Part shown: positions 9,247 through 18,501 of the stretch, in pieces
How positions within the stretch are numbered: the first letter of the stretch is position 1
Layout: every line of letters begins with the position of its first letter
DNA from: Oligoflexales bacterium
GTDB lineage: Bacteria > Bdellovibrionota_B > Oligoflexia > Oligoflexales > Bog-1112
Direction: 5' to 3'
DNA: 39,297 nucleotides
NCBI GenBank assembly: GCA_045105515.1
Contig: JBGCDR010000449.1
Coordinates: forward strand, 1-39,297
Made by a program: the position numbers and the translations under genes
Notes under the pieces: model-generated
Told to the model about the DNA's origin: nothing
The model's database searches: none
Seen by the model: only the letters and a program-made list of their open reading frames with translations

Positions 9247-10608
9247 TTAAGGAATCGAGTAAGTGCAGCGAAATCCGAGGGTGTCAACTAAAATACTGGC
9301 ATCTTGGTCAATGCGAAATCGAAAAATCCCATTCCTTTCCATGCCCTTAAAACCACCCCCTCGTGATAATTCTCCTCCAGTTCCTGGAGAACCAATTTGT
9401 GCCATGCCGATTCCTTGGCTCGAATTCCAGCTGTCACTCCAAAAAGCTTTTACTGCTTGGGTGGGAACTAAACGATTTAACGGCAGTGATGCACTGCCAC
9501 CGATTGGTTCAGTAAATTCAATGTAATCAGTAATCTGTGGGCTAGGCTTATCCAGATTTTCAAAACTAGTCCACTCACGAACATTTCCAGACAAATCCCA
9601 AATAACTTGACCATTAGAAAGATTATGAGTTCTTCTCAAACTAATATCGTCATCTCCACCTGTATTTTTACCAGCACAGTCGGTTTCAACATATGATTTA
9701 GCGTCATCTGCATCAGCAGGGCATACGGATTCAGGATCCCTATCAGAATGACCAATGTATAGCATTCCTGCTCCAATATTACCACCAGTCCAGTTACCTG
9801 CAACACCTGCAAGGTTTGCAGCAATGGTCATCCATTCGTCATTGCTTATAAGATGGTAACCTTGCCCAAGAGAGGAGCACACTGTTATTGCATCTTGTTG
9901 CGAAATAAAAACCCATGGGTTCCCAACAGCCTCAGATACCGGAGAATTATCGGTATTTTTAGCTTCATACTTCATGACACAAAAATCGGAGGTTCCATAA
10001 TCAGGATCACCAGGAACAGAAATCCAAGTACCAGGATCTCCAATTTCATTGCAGTCTTGTGGACCAGAATTACTAGCGTCATCAACTTCAATTGTTTTAT
10101 CTACTTCAGTTTCTACGCTTTCATCAGTAGTTTTATCGATACCATCTACTATTATTTTTTTAGCAGTTGCTTCAGAATTCACGCTAATTTCAAGCCATTT
10201 TTCACCGTTGATTTCAACAATAATTTTGTAAACAAGAAACTCTGCCGGAATCTGCTGACCCTTATCATCGAGTACTTTTATTTTATCTTTCGAATAATCT
10301 TGCGATCCGAAATCTTTAGACATATTACATCTAAAATTGTTTCGCTGAGAAAGGCTACATGCTAAGAAGAAAGATTCAGTTTTATCATCTTTTACATCTT
10401 CAGTATTTTCTCGACCATTACCAACGGTAATTCCTTCGCCTGCTGTTAATGAATCCAAATCAGCTTCGCTGTATTTCACATGACTATCAGTCGACTTAGA
10501 TTTGCTCGAATCTAAAAATTTGTTAATTTCAGGAGAATTGTTACAATTGTTCAACGACAGTAAAAGAAGCAAACATTTAAAGCATGTTAGGTACCTATTC
10601 AACTTCAT
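9247..10608 (-). CDS. Lipoprotein with C-terminal FGE-sulfatase/C-type-lectin-fold domain
   Basis: Lipobox-like LSLNNC; FCVMKYEA, HLISNDEW, IWDLSGNVREW and RGGGF...GFRC motifs. Confidence 0.75.
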   Translation of the reverse strand: MKLNRYLTCFKCLLLLLSLNNCNNSPEINKFLDSSKSKSTDSHVKYSEADLDSLTAGEGITVGNGRENTEDVKDDKTESFFLACSLSQRNNFRCNMSKDFGSQDYSKDKIKVLDDKGQQIPAEFLVYKIIVEINGEKWLEISVNSEATAKKIIVDGIDKTTDESVETEVDKTIEVDDASNSGPQDCNEIGDPGTWISVPGDPDYGTSDFCVMKYEAKNTDNSPVSEAVGNPWVFISQQDAITVCSSLGQGYHLISNDEWMTIAANLAGVAGNWTGGNIGAGMLYIGHSDRDPESVCPADADDAKSYVETDCAGKNTGGDDDISLRRTHNLSNGQVIWDLSGNVREWTSFENLDKPSPQITDYIEFTEPIGGSASLPLNRLVPTQAVKAFWSDSWNSSQGIGMAQIGSPGTGGELSRGGGFKGMERNGIFRFRIDQDASILVDTLGFRCTYSIP

Positions 10609-10655
10609 CCTTCCTAAAATCCTTGCAGATTCTTACGTAAATTGAAGTGAAGTCC

Positions 10656-10682
10656 TTATCGGTATTTTCAGCCTAAAATATA
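10656..10682 (-). promoter_or_regulatory. Putative sigma28 (FliA)-type promoter
   Basis: Minus strand TATA-N15-ACCGATAA versus consensus TAAA-N15-GCCGATAA, 48 bp upstream of the ATG at 10608. Confidence 0.45.
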
Positions 10683-10793
10683 AGTTTTATTTTTTATTGA
10701 TGATTTTAAAGGGATTAGGAATGAATTTTTTGATTTTACTCTAACATTCTGCTCAAAAACTTGTCAAAATCAGTCACCAAAAAATTCCAACAG

Positions 10794-11606
10794 TCATAAG
10801 ACTTCTATCTTAATAATCAGCTCTTTACTTATCAAAAACTGAAATGTTTGTTCGACACATTTTAAATCAGGGTGTTCATGAAGCTTACAAACCTCTTCCA
10901 TGACCTTACCAATGCTATGTCCAGACAACACCAATGCCATCAGATCATATTCTAGTTGACTTAAATCCTTAACAAATACTCTAGAATCATAACGATAAAG
11001 AAGAAGAAAACTTGAACTTATGAGCGGCTCCCAGTCTATCTCAGTTTCATTCTTGTCGCGCAAATCCCATATTTCTTTAACTCTAAAATCAGATCTTACA
11101 AGTCTTACATTAGCTTGCAAATAAAGGATAACTTGCGAAAAGTCAGCTACAGTACCTAGCATACTTTGGGCATCATAAATTTCATGTTTAGCGTGAAACA
11201 CATCTTTAAATTTCCATTCAAAATCTGCTAAGTCAGGGAGAAAAGGAAAATCTTCGCTAACACTTCTTTCTGCTAGAAAAAATGGGAATTCAGATCCGTA
11301 ATCTTCTAGACTGTAGGATTCAGGAGTATATATTTTAAGGTAGTCCTCGCATATAGAAAAAAAATTATGATCTCCGATCACTTTTGCACATGCTGAGAAA
11401 TTTTCATGCAAAGTATCGCAAAGCCTAACTTTTTTTGCTTGGGTATATATTTGCAGACATTCTTCAACATGAAGACCTTTAATGGGTTTAAGCATTTTCA
11501 TCATGGTGTGCGGCAGAGCCCCATCGTTCATAGCACTCAAAAAGTCGTGCTCAAACTCTGAGAACTCATACTCTTGGTATTTAGTCTTTTGTCCCATGCC
11601 TAGCAT
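10794..11606 (-). CDS. DUF2063-family MNIO partner protein (BufC/HvfC-like)
   Basis: LQIY...RLCDTLHENF, YGSEFPFFL and FLPDLADFEW motifs. Overlaps the 3' end of the DUF692 gene. Confidence 0.8.
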   Translation of the reverse strand: MLGMGQKTKYQEYEFSEFEHDFLSAMNDGALPHTMMKMLKPIKGLHVEECLQIYTQAKKVRLCDTLHENFSACAKVIGDHNFFSICEDYLKIYTPESYSLEDYGSEFPFFLAERSVSEDFPFLPDLADFEWKFKDVFHAKHEIYDAQSMLGTVADFSQVILYLQANVRLVRSDFRVKEIWDLRDKNETEIDWEPLISSSFLLLYRYDSRVFVKDLSQLEYDLMALVLSGHSIGKVMEEVCKLHEHPDLKCVEQTFQFLISKELIIKIEVL

Positions 11607-12411
11607 CCCATATTGCGATTGCTTTATTTAACTCGGTTTCTAATTCAGGAAAGCTCGGAATGTCTTCATCCCACTCAATCATAAACGGAACTTGGGGACA
11701 GGATTTAATATAAAAAGAAAATAATTCCCAAACTTCTGAACAAACTGCACGTGAATGCGTATCAAAATAAAACTTTCCGGTATCAGTAAAGCCAGCCAAA
11801 TGAATTTGCCCAACCATCTGCGGCGGAATTTGTTCGAGATAATCTCGAGGATTAAATTCTTGGTTCACAGCGTTTACATAAATATTATTTATGTCTAGAA
11901 GGATCTTAGCACCTGTCTTCCTACATAAAGAAACAAGAAACTCACTTTCACTACAATCTGAATTAACAAATGAAAAATACGTAGAAGCATTTTCAAGCAG
12001 AATATTTCGTCCCAAGAAATTCTGAGCACAATCAACATTCTGCACTAAGATCTCAAGCATTTCTTTATTGTAAGGAATTGGATAAAGGTCATGTAGGTAG
12101 TGTTTTCCTACTCGAGTAAAGCATAAATGATCAGAAACTATGATTGGCTCAAGCTCATCTACAAGAATTTTAAGGGATTTCAGATAATGTTCGTTTAAAC
12201 CGTCACTAGAAGCAAGAGACATTGAAACACCATGCAAGGCTAGATCATAGTCTTTGCGTATCTTTCGAAGCATCTGCCTAGGACGCCCATAAGTGTCCAT
12301 ATAGTTTTCTGAAATTGCCTCAAACCATTTAGCCGATGCACTCTTGTGATCTTCAAGGTGTGGGTAGTGACTGGGCCTAAGGCCCAGACCTGGAAAGGAG
12401 GAAGAAGTCAT
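11581..12411 (-). CDS. DUF692 multinuclear non-heme iron oxidative enzyme (MNIO, BufB/HvfB-like)
   Basis: GLGLR, EAISENY, HGVSMSL, SDHLCF, LENAS, LLDINN, IHLAG, DTH and IEWD metal-ligand motifs. Confidence 0.93.
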   Translation of the reverse strand: MTSSSFPGLGLRPSHYPHLEDHKSASAKWFEAISENYMDTYGRPRQMLRKIRKDYDLALHGVSMSLASSDGLNEHYLKSLKILVDELEPIIVSDHLCFTRVGKHYLHDLYPIPYNKEMLEILVQNVDCAQNFLGRNILLENASTYFSFVNSDCSESEFLVSLCRKTGAKILLDINNIYVNAVNQEFNPRDYLEQIPPQMVGQIHLAGFTDTGKFYFDTHSRAVCSEVWELFSFYIKSCPQVPFMIEWDEDIPSFPELETELNKAIAIWDARHGTKD

Positions 12412-12415
12412 AAAA

Positions 12416-12670
12416 TCACCCTTTTTTCCACTTCCCCTTTTTCTTCGTGCACTCAGCCTTAGTCATTTTTAGCCAACCTTTTCCCTTACATACGTTCTTA
12501 CCTGCACAAGAATGACCTTTGCCTCCACAAGCACCAGTACCTTTACACTCATTAACACCATGACATTCGCCCTTAGCCTCAGCCCCTTTGTCATCAGCAG
12601 CACTAGCTGGAGCAGCTGCTAGAAGTAACCCTGAAAAAGCTGCACCTACTAAAAGAGATTTTGTTTTCAT
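12416..12670 (-). CDS. Secreted Cys-rich RiPP precursor, bufferin (BufA2)-like, 84 aa
   Basis: ATG at 12670 with GAAGGA RBS, signal peptide ending ASA, core CHGVNECKGTGACGGKGHSCAGKNVCKGKGW...EC with 6 Cys, 4 bp upstream of the MNIO gene. Confidence 0.85.
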   Translation of the reverse strand: MKTKSLLVGAAFSGLLLAAAPASAADDKGAEAKGECHGVNECKGTGACGGKGHSCAGKNVCKGKGWLKMTKAECTKKKGKWKKG

Positions 12671-12808
12671 ACTTGCTTCCTTCAAAAAAATATATCCACT
12701 ACAGCCCCCACAATAGGGCTGCAGATACAGGACACTTACGAGGCAAATAAACACTCGACCCAATAGTATCATGCTAAGCAAATCAAGATTCTTAAATATA
12801 AACTTATT

Positions 12809-13399
12809 TCAATTGGCTTTCATACCTTGAACTTCTAGGATCAATTTTACGTCATTTCCCACAGTCAATCCACCCACCTTCTTTAGTCCCTTATTCCAAG
12901 TTAAACCATATTCACGACGGTCGATTTTGCCACTTGCTTCAAAGGCCAACTTTTTATTGCCCCAGGCGTCTTCTGCGGCTCCACCCCATTCTTCTACATT
13001 TAAGGTAATTTTCTTTTTTACCCCTCTTAAGGTGAAATCTCCGATAATTTTCGAAGGTTTGTTGCCGGCATATTCTACCTTGGTAGAAACAAAAGTTATG
13101 CTGGGATGCTTAGCTACATCAAAAAAGTCATCTGAACGTAAGTGCTTATCACGATCTGGCTCATTGGTATCGATGCTATCGGCTGAAATTTTCACCTTAA
13201 TATCGGAAATTTTGTTAGTTTTTGGATCAAATTTACCAGTTCCCTCAAATTTCTGAAAGCTACCTCGGACATTTGAAATACCCAAGTGTCGAACCTTGAA
13301 ACTTACGTTACTGTGTGCTGCATCCAACTTGTACTGGTCTCCCAGGGCAGTTGTAGTAGCCAACATTACAATAAAAATTAGGGTAGCTTTTAGTGCCAT
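12809..13399 (-). CDS. YceI-family periplasmic polyisoprenoid/lipid-binding protein
   Basis: LDAAHSNVSFKVRHLGISNVRGSF, RDKHLRSDDFFD, IDRREYGLTWN. ATG at 13399 with AGGAG RBS and signal peptide. Confidence 0.93.
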   Translation of the reverse strand: MALKATLIFIVMLATTTALGDQYKLDAAHSNVSFKVRHLGISNVRGSFQKFEGTGKFDPKTNKISDIKVKISADSIDTNEPDRDKHLRSDDFFDVAKHPSITFVSTKVEYAGNKPSKIIGDFTLRGVKKKITLNVEEWGGAAEDAWGNKKLAFEASGKIDRREYGLTWNKGLKKVGGLTVGNDVKLILEVQGMKAN

Positions 13400-13694
13400 G
13401 TAGCGCTCCTCTAGCATTGCTTCTGCAAGATTTTTGAAATTTACGGTCATATCAAGCAATACCTTAGTTATGTTGCTAAGTCTAGCTTGAGCCAAAAAAA
13501 TTGCGGTTCGAAAAAGAGATAAATGGCACTATTTTTTTTTTATATTCAATGTATTAAATTATCAAGATTAAAGTCGCCGTCAGCTTATTTGCTAGGGCAT
13601 TTATCTAATCAGTAAGAGATTACAAAACAAAAAATCACTAAGCCCTTAAACTCCGTAAAATTGCGTTATACAATATAGGTATAAGGAGGCCACC

Positions 13695-14357
13695 ATGCAT
13701 TTAAGTTTCAATTATTTTAAGTTTTTCATCCTGATATTCCTTTGCTTATATTTTATAAGCAATTGTTCTTCATCACAGCAAGAAGGTGAACAGCTTGAAA
13801 CTAGTGAATACCAAGAAGAAGGAAATCAATACAGTGAAGAAGGAGATGAAGGTGGATATGAAGGAGAAAATGGAAATGAAACTTATGGTGAGGAGAACGG
13901 TGAAGGTGAACTTGAAAATGATGAATATGGAGATGAAAGCTCTGGAAATAATGACACTAGCAATTCCTACAACTTGAACAACTCGGGAAATGAAGGCTAT
14001 GGGTTCGATAACAACCAGACAGGGCTCGGTGATGGTCAAAATGGGGATAATTTAAACTACCCTGAGGATCAAACACAAGGTGGGTACGATATCGGAGCAC
14101 CTGAAAATGATATCGATAGCTCAGGCAGCGGGGGAGAGCGAGTTGTAAGATACGTACTCGAAAATGAAATCAGTGTATATAGTGAGGCTGACATTAACTC
14201 TGAGGTTGTTGCAAGCCTTTACAAAGGACAGCCACTTACAGTCCTTGATATGGGTGAATGGTCACAAATTGGAAGTAATCGCTATGTGATGAGTGCAAGC
14301 TTGAGTGAACAGATCGTACCTCGGCATATGCAGCCTGCCGATTGGATGGCTCCATAA
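13695..14357 (+). CDS. Putative lipoprotein with acidic disordered linker and C-terminal SH3-like domain
   Basis: AGGAGG RBS, hydrophobic N-terminus ending ISNC, E/G/N-rich middle, VYSEADINSEVVASLYKGQPLTVLDMGEWSQI resembling bacterial SH3. Confidence 0.65.
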   Translation: MHLSFNYFKFFILIFLCLYFISNCSSSQQEGEQLETSEYQEEGNQYSEEGDEGGYEGENGNETYGEENGEGELENDEYGDESSGNNDTSNSYNLNNSGNEGYGFDNNQTGLGDGQNGDNLNYPEDQTQGGYDIGAPENDIDSSGSGGERVVRYVLENEISVYSEADINSEVVASLYKGQPLTVLDMGEWSQIGSNRYVMSASLSEQIVPRHMQPADWMAP

Positions 14358-14363
14358 CCAATT

Positions 14364-15839
14364 TTATTTAATATAAAACCTATCTAAAATTGAATTACCA
14401 AGTGCAGAATTGGTAAATTGTCTAACTCTAATTTTCCTTTCATTGTAGTAAGCTACAAGTGGAGCTCGTCCGACAATAATAAAAGGCACCTTATCTAGGG
14501 TTACCTTGCTAATTTCCCGAAGATATTTCGCCAATTCCTCTTTATTCATTTTATTATTTCCCCTCTGAACTGAAAGAAGATCTTCGAAAGGGGGTGAAAG
14601 GTTGTCTCCCGTCATGTAATGAATCATATTTCTTTTTAAAAGGCATTCTGAATAAGAAACACACTGAATATCGGCAGGTTCAAAGTCTAAGGATTCAAAA
14701 TCCAGCTCTCTTGAATGATCATCATCAATTGCTAAACCTAAGCTCTTAAGATGGTCTAAAATCTTTAAGCAATGGGATCCACCAACATGTACAAATTTAA
14801 TTGGCCTCCTTTTCGATTCCACAATCAAATTCTGAATATCTTTTTTGCCAGACTGCAGTATATCAATTACATGTTCATCATTTATCCGGCCAGGCTGCAG
14901 CTGAAGAAAAGGCTGTGGGTCAGGGATAAAATTTCCACTGCCGATTTTTTCTATCAATGAGTCCATATTATTCTTTTGCCAAAAAAGCGCTTGCAAAGCC
15001 TTCCGGTTAAGCTCATTAGCAAATATGCTCTGTTCATGACGATAAAAATATAATAGCCTCGCCATCCAAGTGATCTCAAACTGACTAAATTTTCTGTAGG
15101 CTTCAGGTACCATATCCTGAGAATAACTAACAAAAACATCCGCTTTTTTAATCCTATGAGTATCCGAACCCACATATTCGATATATTTGGGATAGCTATC
15201 TGGCAAAGTTTTACTTTTGAGCCTTTCAAGTAAAGCATAATCTTTATTTTGAAGTTTTATGTGATAATTTCCACAACCTATATATGAGCTTCCTTCTATC
15301 TTATGTATACCTAATTCCGGATTACTCAAAGCTTCCAAAAGGTTAGTATTTGTAGACTGAGAATGAAATTCTATTTTCAATGGATGTGAACATTGAATAC
15401 CTTCTATGCTCTCATTTTTATTCGAATATCCTTTTAATCTTCTAAAATCTTCGATAAAATTCTGGTCCTGCTTACGGATACTAATTGAATGTTCTAGGGA
15501 TTTTTTAACATCTTTACACCTTAATGGGTCCCCATTTGAGAAAGCTACTTCTGAATCAAGTGTAAAACTCAAAAAGGTGTCTGCCTCATTTATTTCCCAA
15601 CTTTCTGCAATTCTTGGAAAATACTGCTTAACATCAAGTGATCCTATAAGAGGAGGAAAGACCAGATCTGAAACATATGCTGCATTAAGAGTTTTGAAGT
15701 TAGTAGGGTTCAAGCCTCCTCCAAAACCACCTCCAAAAACTATTCTAATCTTATCTTCGCCTTGAAAATTCTTGGCAGCCCAACAAGACGCTACAACGGC
15801 AAAAATTATAAACATGCCAAAATATATTTTTGTTCGCAC
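14364..15839 (-). CDS. Family-5 (Opp/Dpp/NikA-like) extracellular solute-binding protein, divergent
   Basis: PRIAESWEIN, FTL...FSNGDPLRCKDVKKSL, IGCGNYHI. GTG start with GGAG RBS. Confidence 0.7.
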   Translation of the reverse strand: MRTKIYFGMFIIFAVVASCWAAKNFQGEDKIRIVFGGGFGGGLNPTNFKTLNAAYVSDLVFPPLIGSLDVKQYFPRIAESWEINEADTFLSFTLDSEVAFSNGDPLRCKDVKKSLEHSISIRKQDQNFIEDFRRLKGYSNKNESIEGIQCSHPLKIEFHSQSTNTNLLEALSNPELGIHKIEGSSYIGCGNYHIKLQNKDYALLERLKSKTLPDSYPKYIEYVGSDTHRIKKADVFVSYSQDMVPEAYRKFSQFEITWMARLLYFYRHEQSIFANELNRKALQALFWQKNNMDSLIEKIGSGNFIPDPQPFLQLQPGRINDEHVIDILQSGKKDIQNLIVESKRRPIKFVHVGGSHCLKILDHLKSLGLAIDDDHSRELDFESLDFEPADIQCVSYSECLLKRNMIHYMTGDNLSPPFEDLLSVQRGNNKMNKEELAKYLREISKVTLDKVPFIIVGRAPLVAYYNERKIRVRQFTNSALGNSILDRFYIK

Positions 15840-15853
15840 TATCTACTCCATAA

Positions 15854-17713
15854 TTATTCTGAAATGATATGACTAATAATTTTCATCAAGTGTTCCTCAG
15901 AAATAGGCTTTGCCAAGCAATAATTGATTCCAAAGTTTTGATAATGAGAAACATCATAAATCCAATCTGAGTAAATACAAAACTTGGTCTTATGATTGTT
16001 GTTCTTTAGTTTTTTTATAAGCTCCAAGCCATTGATCTCTTGTTTACCTAAATTAAAGTCGACAATCGCAAGATCGATCTTAAAATCACTATCAGTATCA
16101 ATCTCGCTCGGTTTATTAAATGCCATCACTTCAATCTTAGGAGAGATGTCATACAAATATTTTCTTATGAGATCTATGCAAACAGGCTCATCATCAACGA
16201 CCAGAATTCTAAGCCCATGAATGGTCATAAAATCAATAATCATTTGTTTTTCAAAAATATTTTTATCTAAGCGAACCGTAAGTTCTGCTGTTTCGGTTTT
16301 AGTATAGATATTTCTTCGGAAATCCAATACATCTTGCTTTTTAACAGGATCTAGCAAATCCATTTTTTTAAGATCGATACCAAAAGTAGCTGAGGGGACC
16401 TTTTCTTCAGTCTCACACCAAATCTTACCTTGGCATTGATCCAGTATAGTTGCGCATATTGCAAGCCCTAAACCAGTTCCATGCGACTTATTTTCCGTAA
16501 CATAAGGCTCAAAAATTTTAGCTAGCAAATGCTGGGGAATAAATGAGCCTGTGTTGGTAATACTAAGCCGAATTGTATCATTGATCTCATAGGTTTTGAT
16601 ACAGATTAAATCACCAGTTTTCATAAATTCTATTGCATTCTTAACAATATTTGAAATAGCTCTTTTAAGTCCTAACTCATTGCCTAAAACACAATGGGTA
16701 TGGGCCAAATCAAATTCTGAGTTAAACCAATCATAGGAACTTAAGCTGCCAAAGACACCGACACAAGAATCAAGAATAATCTGATTTAAGCTCACTGCTT
16801 TATTTTCGCGCTGTTGACTCTTTCCATAAGTCGAAATATCATCAAGGATACCCCTAGCCTCGAGACACGATTGCTTCACATCTCTTTCAATCGACTGAAT
16901 AAACCTAATTTTACGTTCTTTTTCCTTTGCTTTACTAATCAAATTGATGACTGCTTCTAACATACCAAAAGGCTTTTTAATGTCGTGAGCAACCATACTT
17001 AAAGTTTGGGAGATAGCCTTTGTTTTCTCAGCTTGTACTTTAAGATCTTCTCGCGATTTCTGCATAGCAACATATTCATTGAAGTTAAATTGCAACTGAT
17101 TTATTTCATCGATAGGTGAAAACTGATTTTCTTTCTCAGGGTATTTCAGAAGTTCTTCTATGGGGGCTATTAAGTTTTTTTTCAATTTTTTATAAAGTAA
17201 CTTCGTCCAATAAGATAGCAAAAGGCTCATAATACAAAAAATGAGTAAATAGAATAGGCCATCATACTGACGCAAAAGTGGTATTTCAAACAAAAATAGG
17301 TAATTTTTTAGATAGTAGGGTCTTTTTTCTACAATCCGTGTTAAAGCACCTCCTTCAAACCGACAGTCGCTATGATAAACAGTAGGGTATGAGCTCATGA
17401 TCTTCCCGTCATGACAAATAGCAGCTTGAAGAAAGTCACCTCTCAGGTAGCTTGATTGGAAAATATCCAAAATTAAATCGTATTCTTGATGAAGAATTCC
17501 TTTTTCACAAAAAGTCGCAATATTTGCAAGCATATGGTTTTGTTCATTAACTTGCTCTGAGATAAAATATACTTCAAACAGAAAAAACCCTAAAATCAAA
17601 CCAAATGTGATCCTTGACAGAGGTTTTGAGTGGTTGCTTATTAGCCACTGATTGAGACTCTGTCCAACTAGTCGATTTTTGATAGAATTTACTTTTTTCC
17701 CTTTAATATTCAA
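15854..17713 (-). CDS. Membrane hybrid sensor histidine kinase/receiver
   Basis: Two TM segments, VAHDIKKP H-box, NIVKNA, GTGLGL, C-terminal receiver (VVDDE, IVDFNL, LAKP). Confidence 0.88.
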   Translation of the reverse strand: MNIKGKKVNSIKNRLVGQSLNQWLISNHSKPLSRITFGLILGFFLFEVYFISEQVNEQNHMLANIATFCEKGILHQEYDLILDIFQSSYLRGDFLQAAICHDGKIMSSYPTVYHSDCRFEGGALTRIVEKRPYYLKNYLFLFEIPLLRQYDGLFYLLIFCIMSLLLSYWTKLLYKKLKKNLIAPIEELLKYPEKENQFSPIDEINQLQFNFNEYVAMQKSREDLKVQAEKTKAISQTLSMVAHDIKKPFGMLEAVINLISKAKEKERKIRFIQSIERDVKQSCLEARGILDDISTYGKSQQRENKAVSLNQIILDSCVGVFGSLSSYDWFNSEFDLAHTHCVLGNELGLKRAISNIVKNAIEFMKTGDLICIKTYEINDTIRLSITNTGSFIPQHLLAKIFEPYVTENKSHGTGLGLAICATILDQCQGKIWCETEEKVPSATFGIDLKKMDLLDPVKKQDVLDFRRNIYTKTETAELTVRLDKNIFEKQMIIDFMTIHGLRILVVDDEPVCIDLIRKYLYDISPKIEVMAFNKPSEIDTDSDFKIDLAIVDFNLGKQEINGLELIKKLKNNNHKTKFCIYSDWIYDVSHYQNFGINYCLAKPISEEHLMKIISHIISE

Positions 17714-17889
17714 AGCATTATTCTCTTGATTAATTGGGACCCTTGAAATAAATTAATTTTCTAATATTTACTCATTCAAAGAAATGATATGTATTGGAAA
17801 GCACAACTACTACAATCACCCTTTGTACGCAATAAAAAAGAAAAAATGTCTTTTTTTTAAGTGTAATACACAGATTCCAGGTAAGATTA

Positions 17890-18501
17890 ATGGAAACTTA
17901 TATTAAGGAATGGCCTGAGCAGGTCTCAGCAAATTTCTGCAAACAACTGATTACGAAATTCAACTACGATAAGCGAGTGAAGAGTGATCCTCAACCAGAC
18001 TATAGTGGAAGAAGTTTTTTAGTGATTTCCGATCTACCGGAGTGGAAAGAGGAGTGTAGCAAGCTAGACTCTATTATCAAGCAAAACACTAAAAGATACT
18101 TTACTTTACCGAAAAAATTTCGCTCTGTTGTTCAGCCTCAGTGGGGGCATGATGGTTTCCTGATTGCTCGCTATAAACCGGGAGATACTTGCATCCTCCA
18201 TGTGGATGGACAATGTGCTGTCGCACCACAAAATCAACTGCGCCTCGCGACATTTTTACTCTACCTCAATACTATTAAAAAAGGTGGTGAAACCGAATTC
18301 CCACTGCAAAAAATCAAAGTTCACCCAGAGACAGGAAAAGTGGTCATGTTTCCACCCATCCATACCCACCCCCATGAAGTTCTTAAGGCAAATGAAGCGA
18401 GATATATCTTGCAAACTTGGATTACAGATCCATCCTTTTATATTGTGGATAAATCTCATTATAAAAAAACAAATACAAAAAAAAATCGAAAAAAAACCTA
18501 A
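17890..18501 (+). CDS. 2OG-Fe(II) oxygenase (prolyl-4-hydroxylase-like)
   Basis: HVD, FLLYLN, GGETEFP, FPP, HPHEV and RY facial-triad and 2OG-binding pattern. Confidence 0.88.
   Translation: METYIKEWPEQVSANFCKQLITKFNYDKRVKSDPQPDYSGRSFLVISDLPEWKEECSKLDSIIKQNTKRYFTLPKKFRSVVQPQWGHDGFLIARYKPGDTCILHVDGQCAVAPQNQLRLATFLLYLNTIKKGGETEFPLQKIKVHPETGKVVMFPPIHTHPHEVLKANEARYILQTWITDPSFYIVDKSHYKKTNTKKNRKKT

Noticed and set aside
9247..9400. Complete diversity-generating retroelement
   Set aside because: No reverse transcriptase, accessory gene or template repeat was seen in the window.
12416..12418. Selenocysteine read-through of the precursor TGA
   Set aside because: The TGA follows the natural Lys-rich end, is not at a Cys-equivalent position, and is out of frame with the MNIO gene.
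12671..12781. N-terminal extension of the precursor ORF to 121 aa (YCGGC motif)
   Set aside because: The RBS and signal peptide point to the ATG at 12670, and the extension coincides with the leader hairpin.
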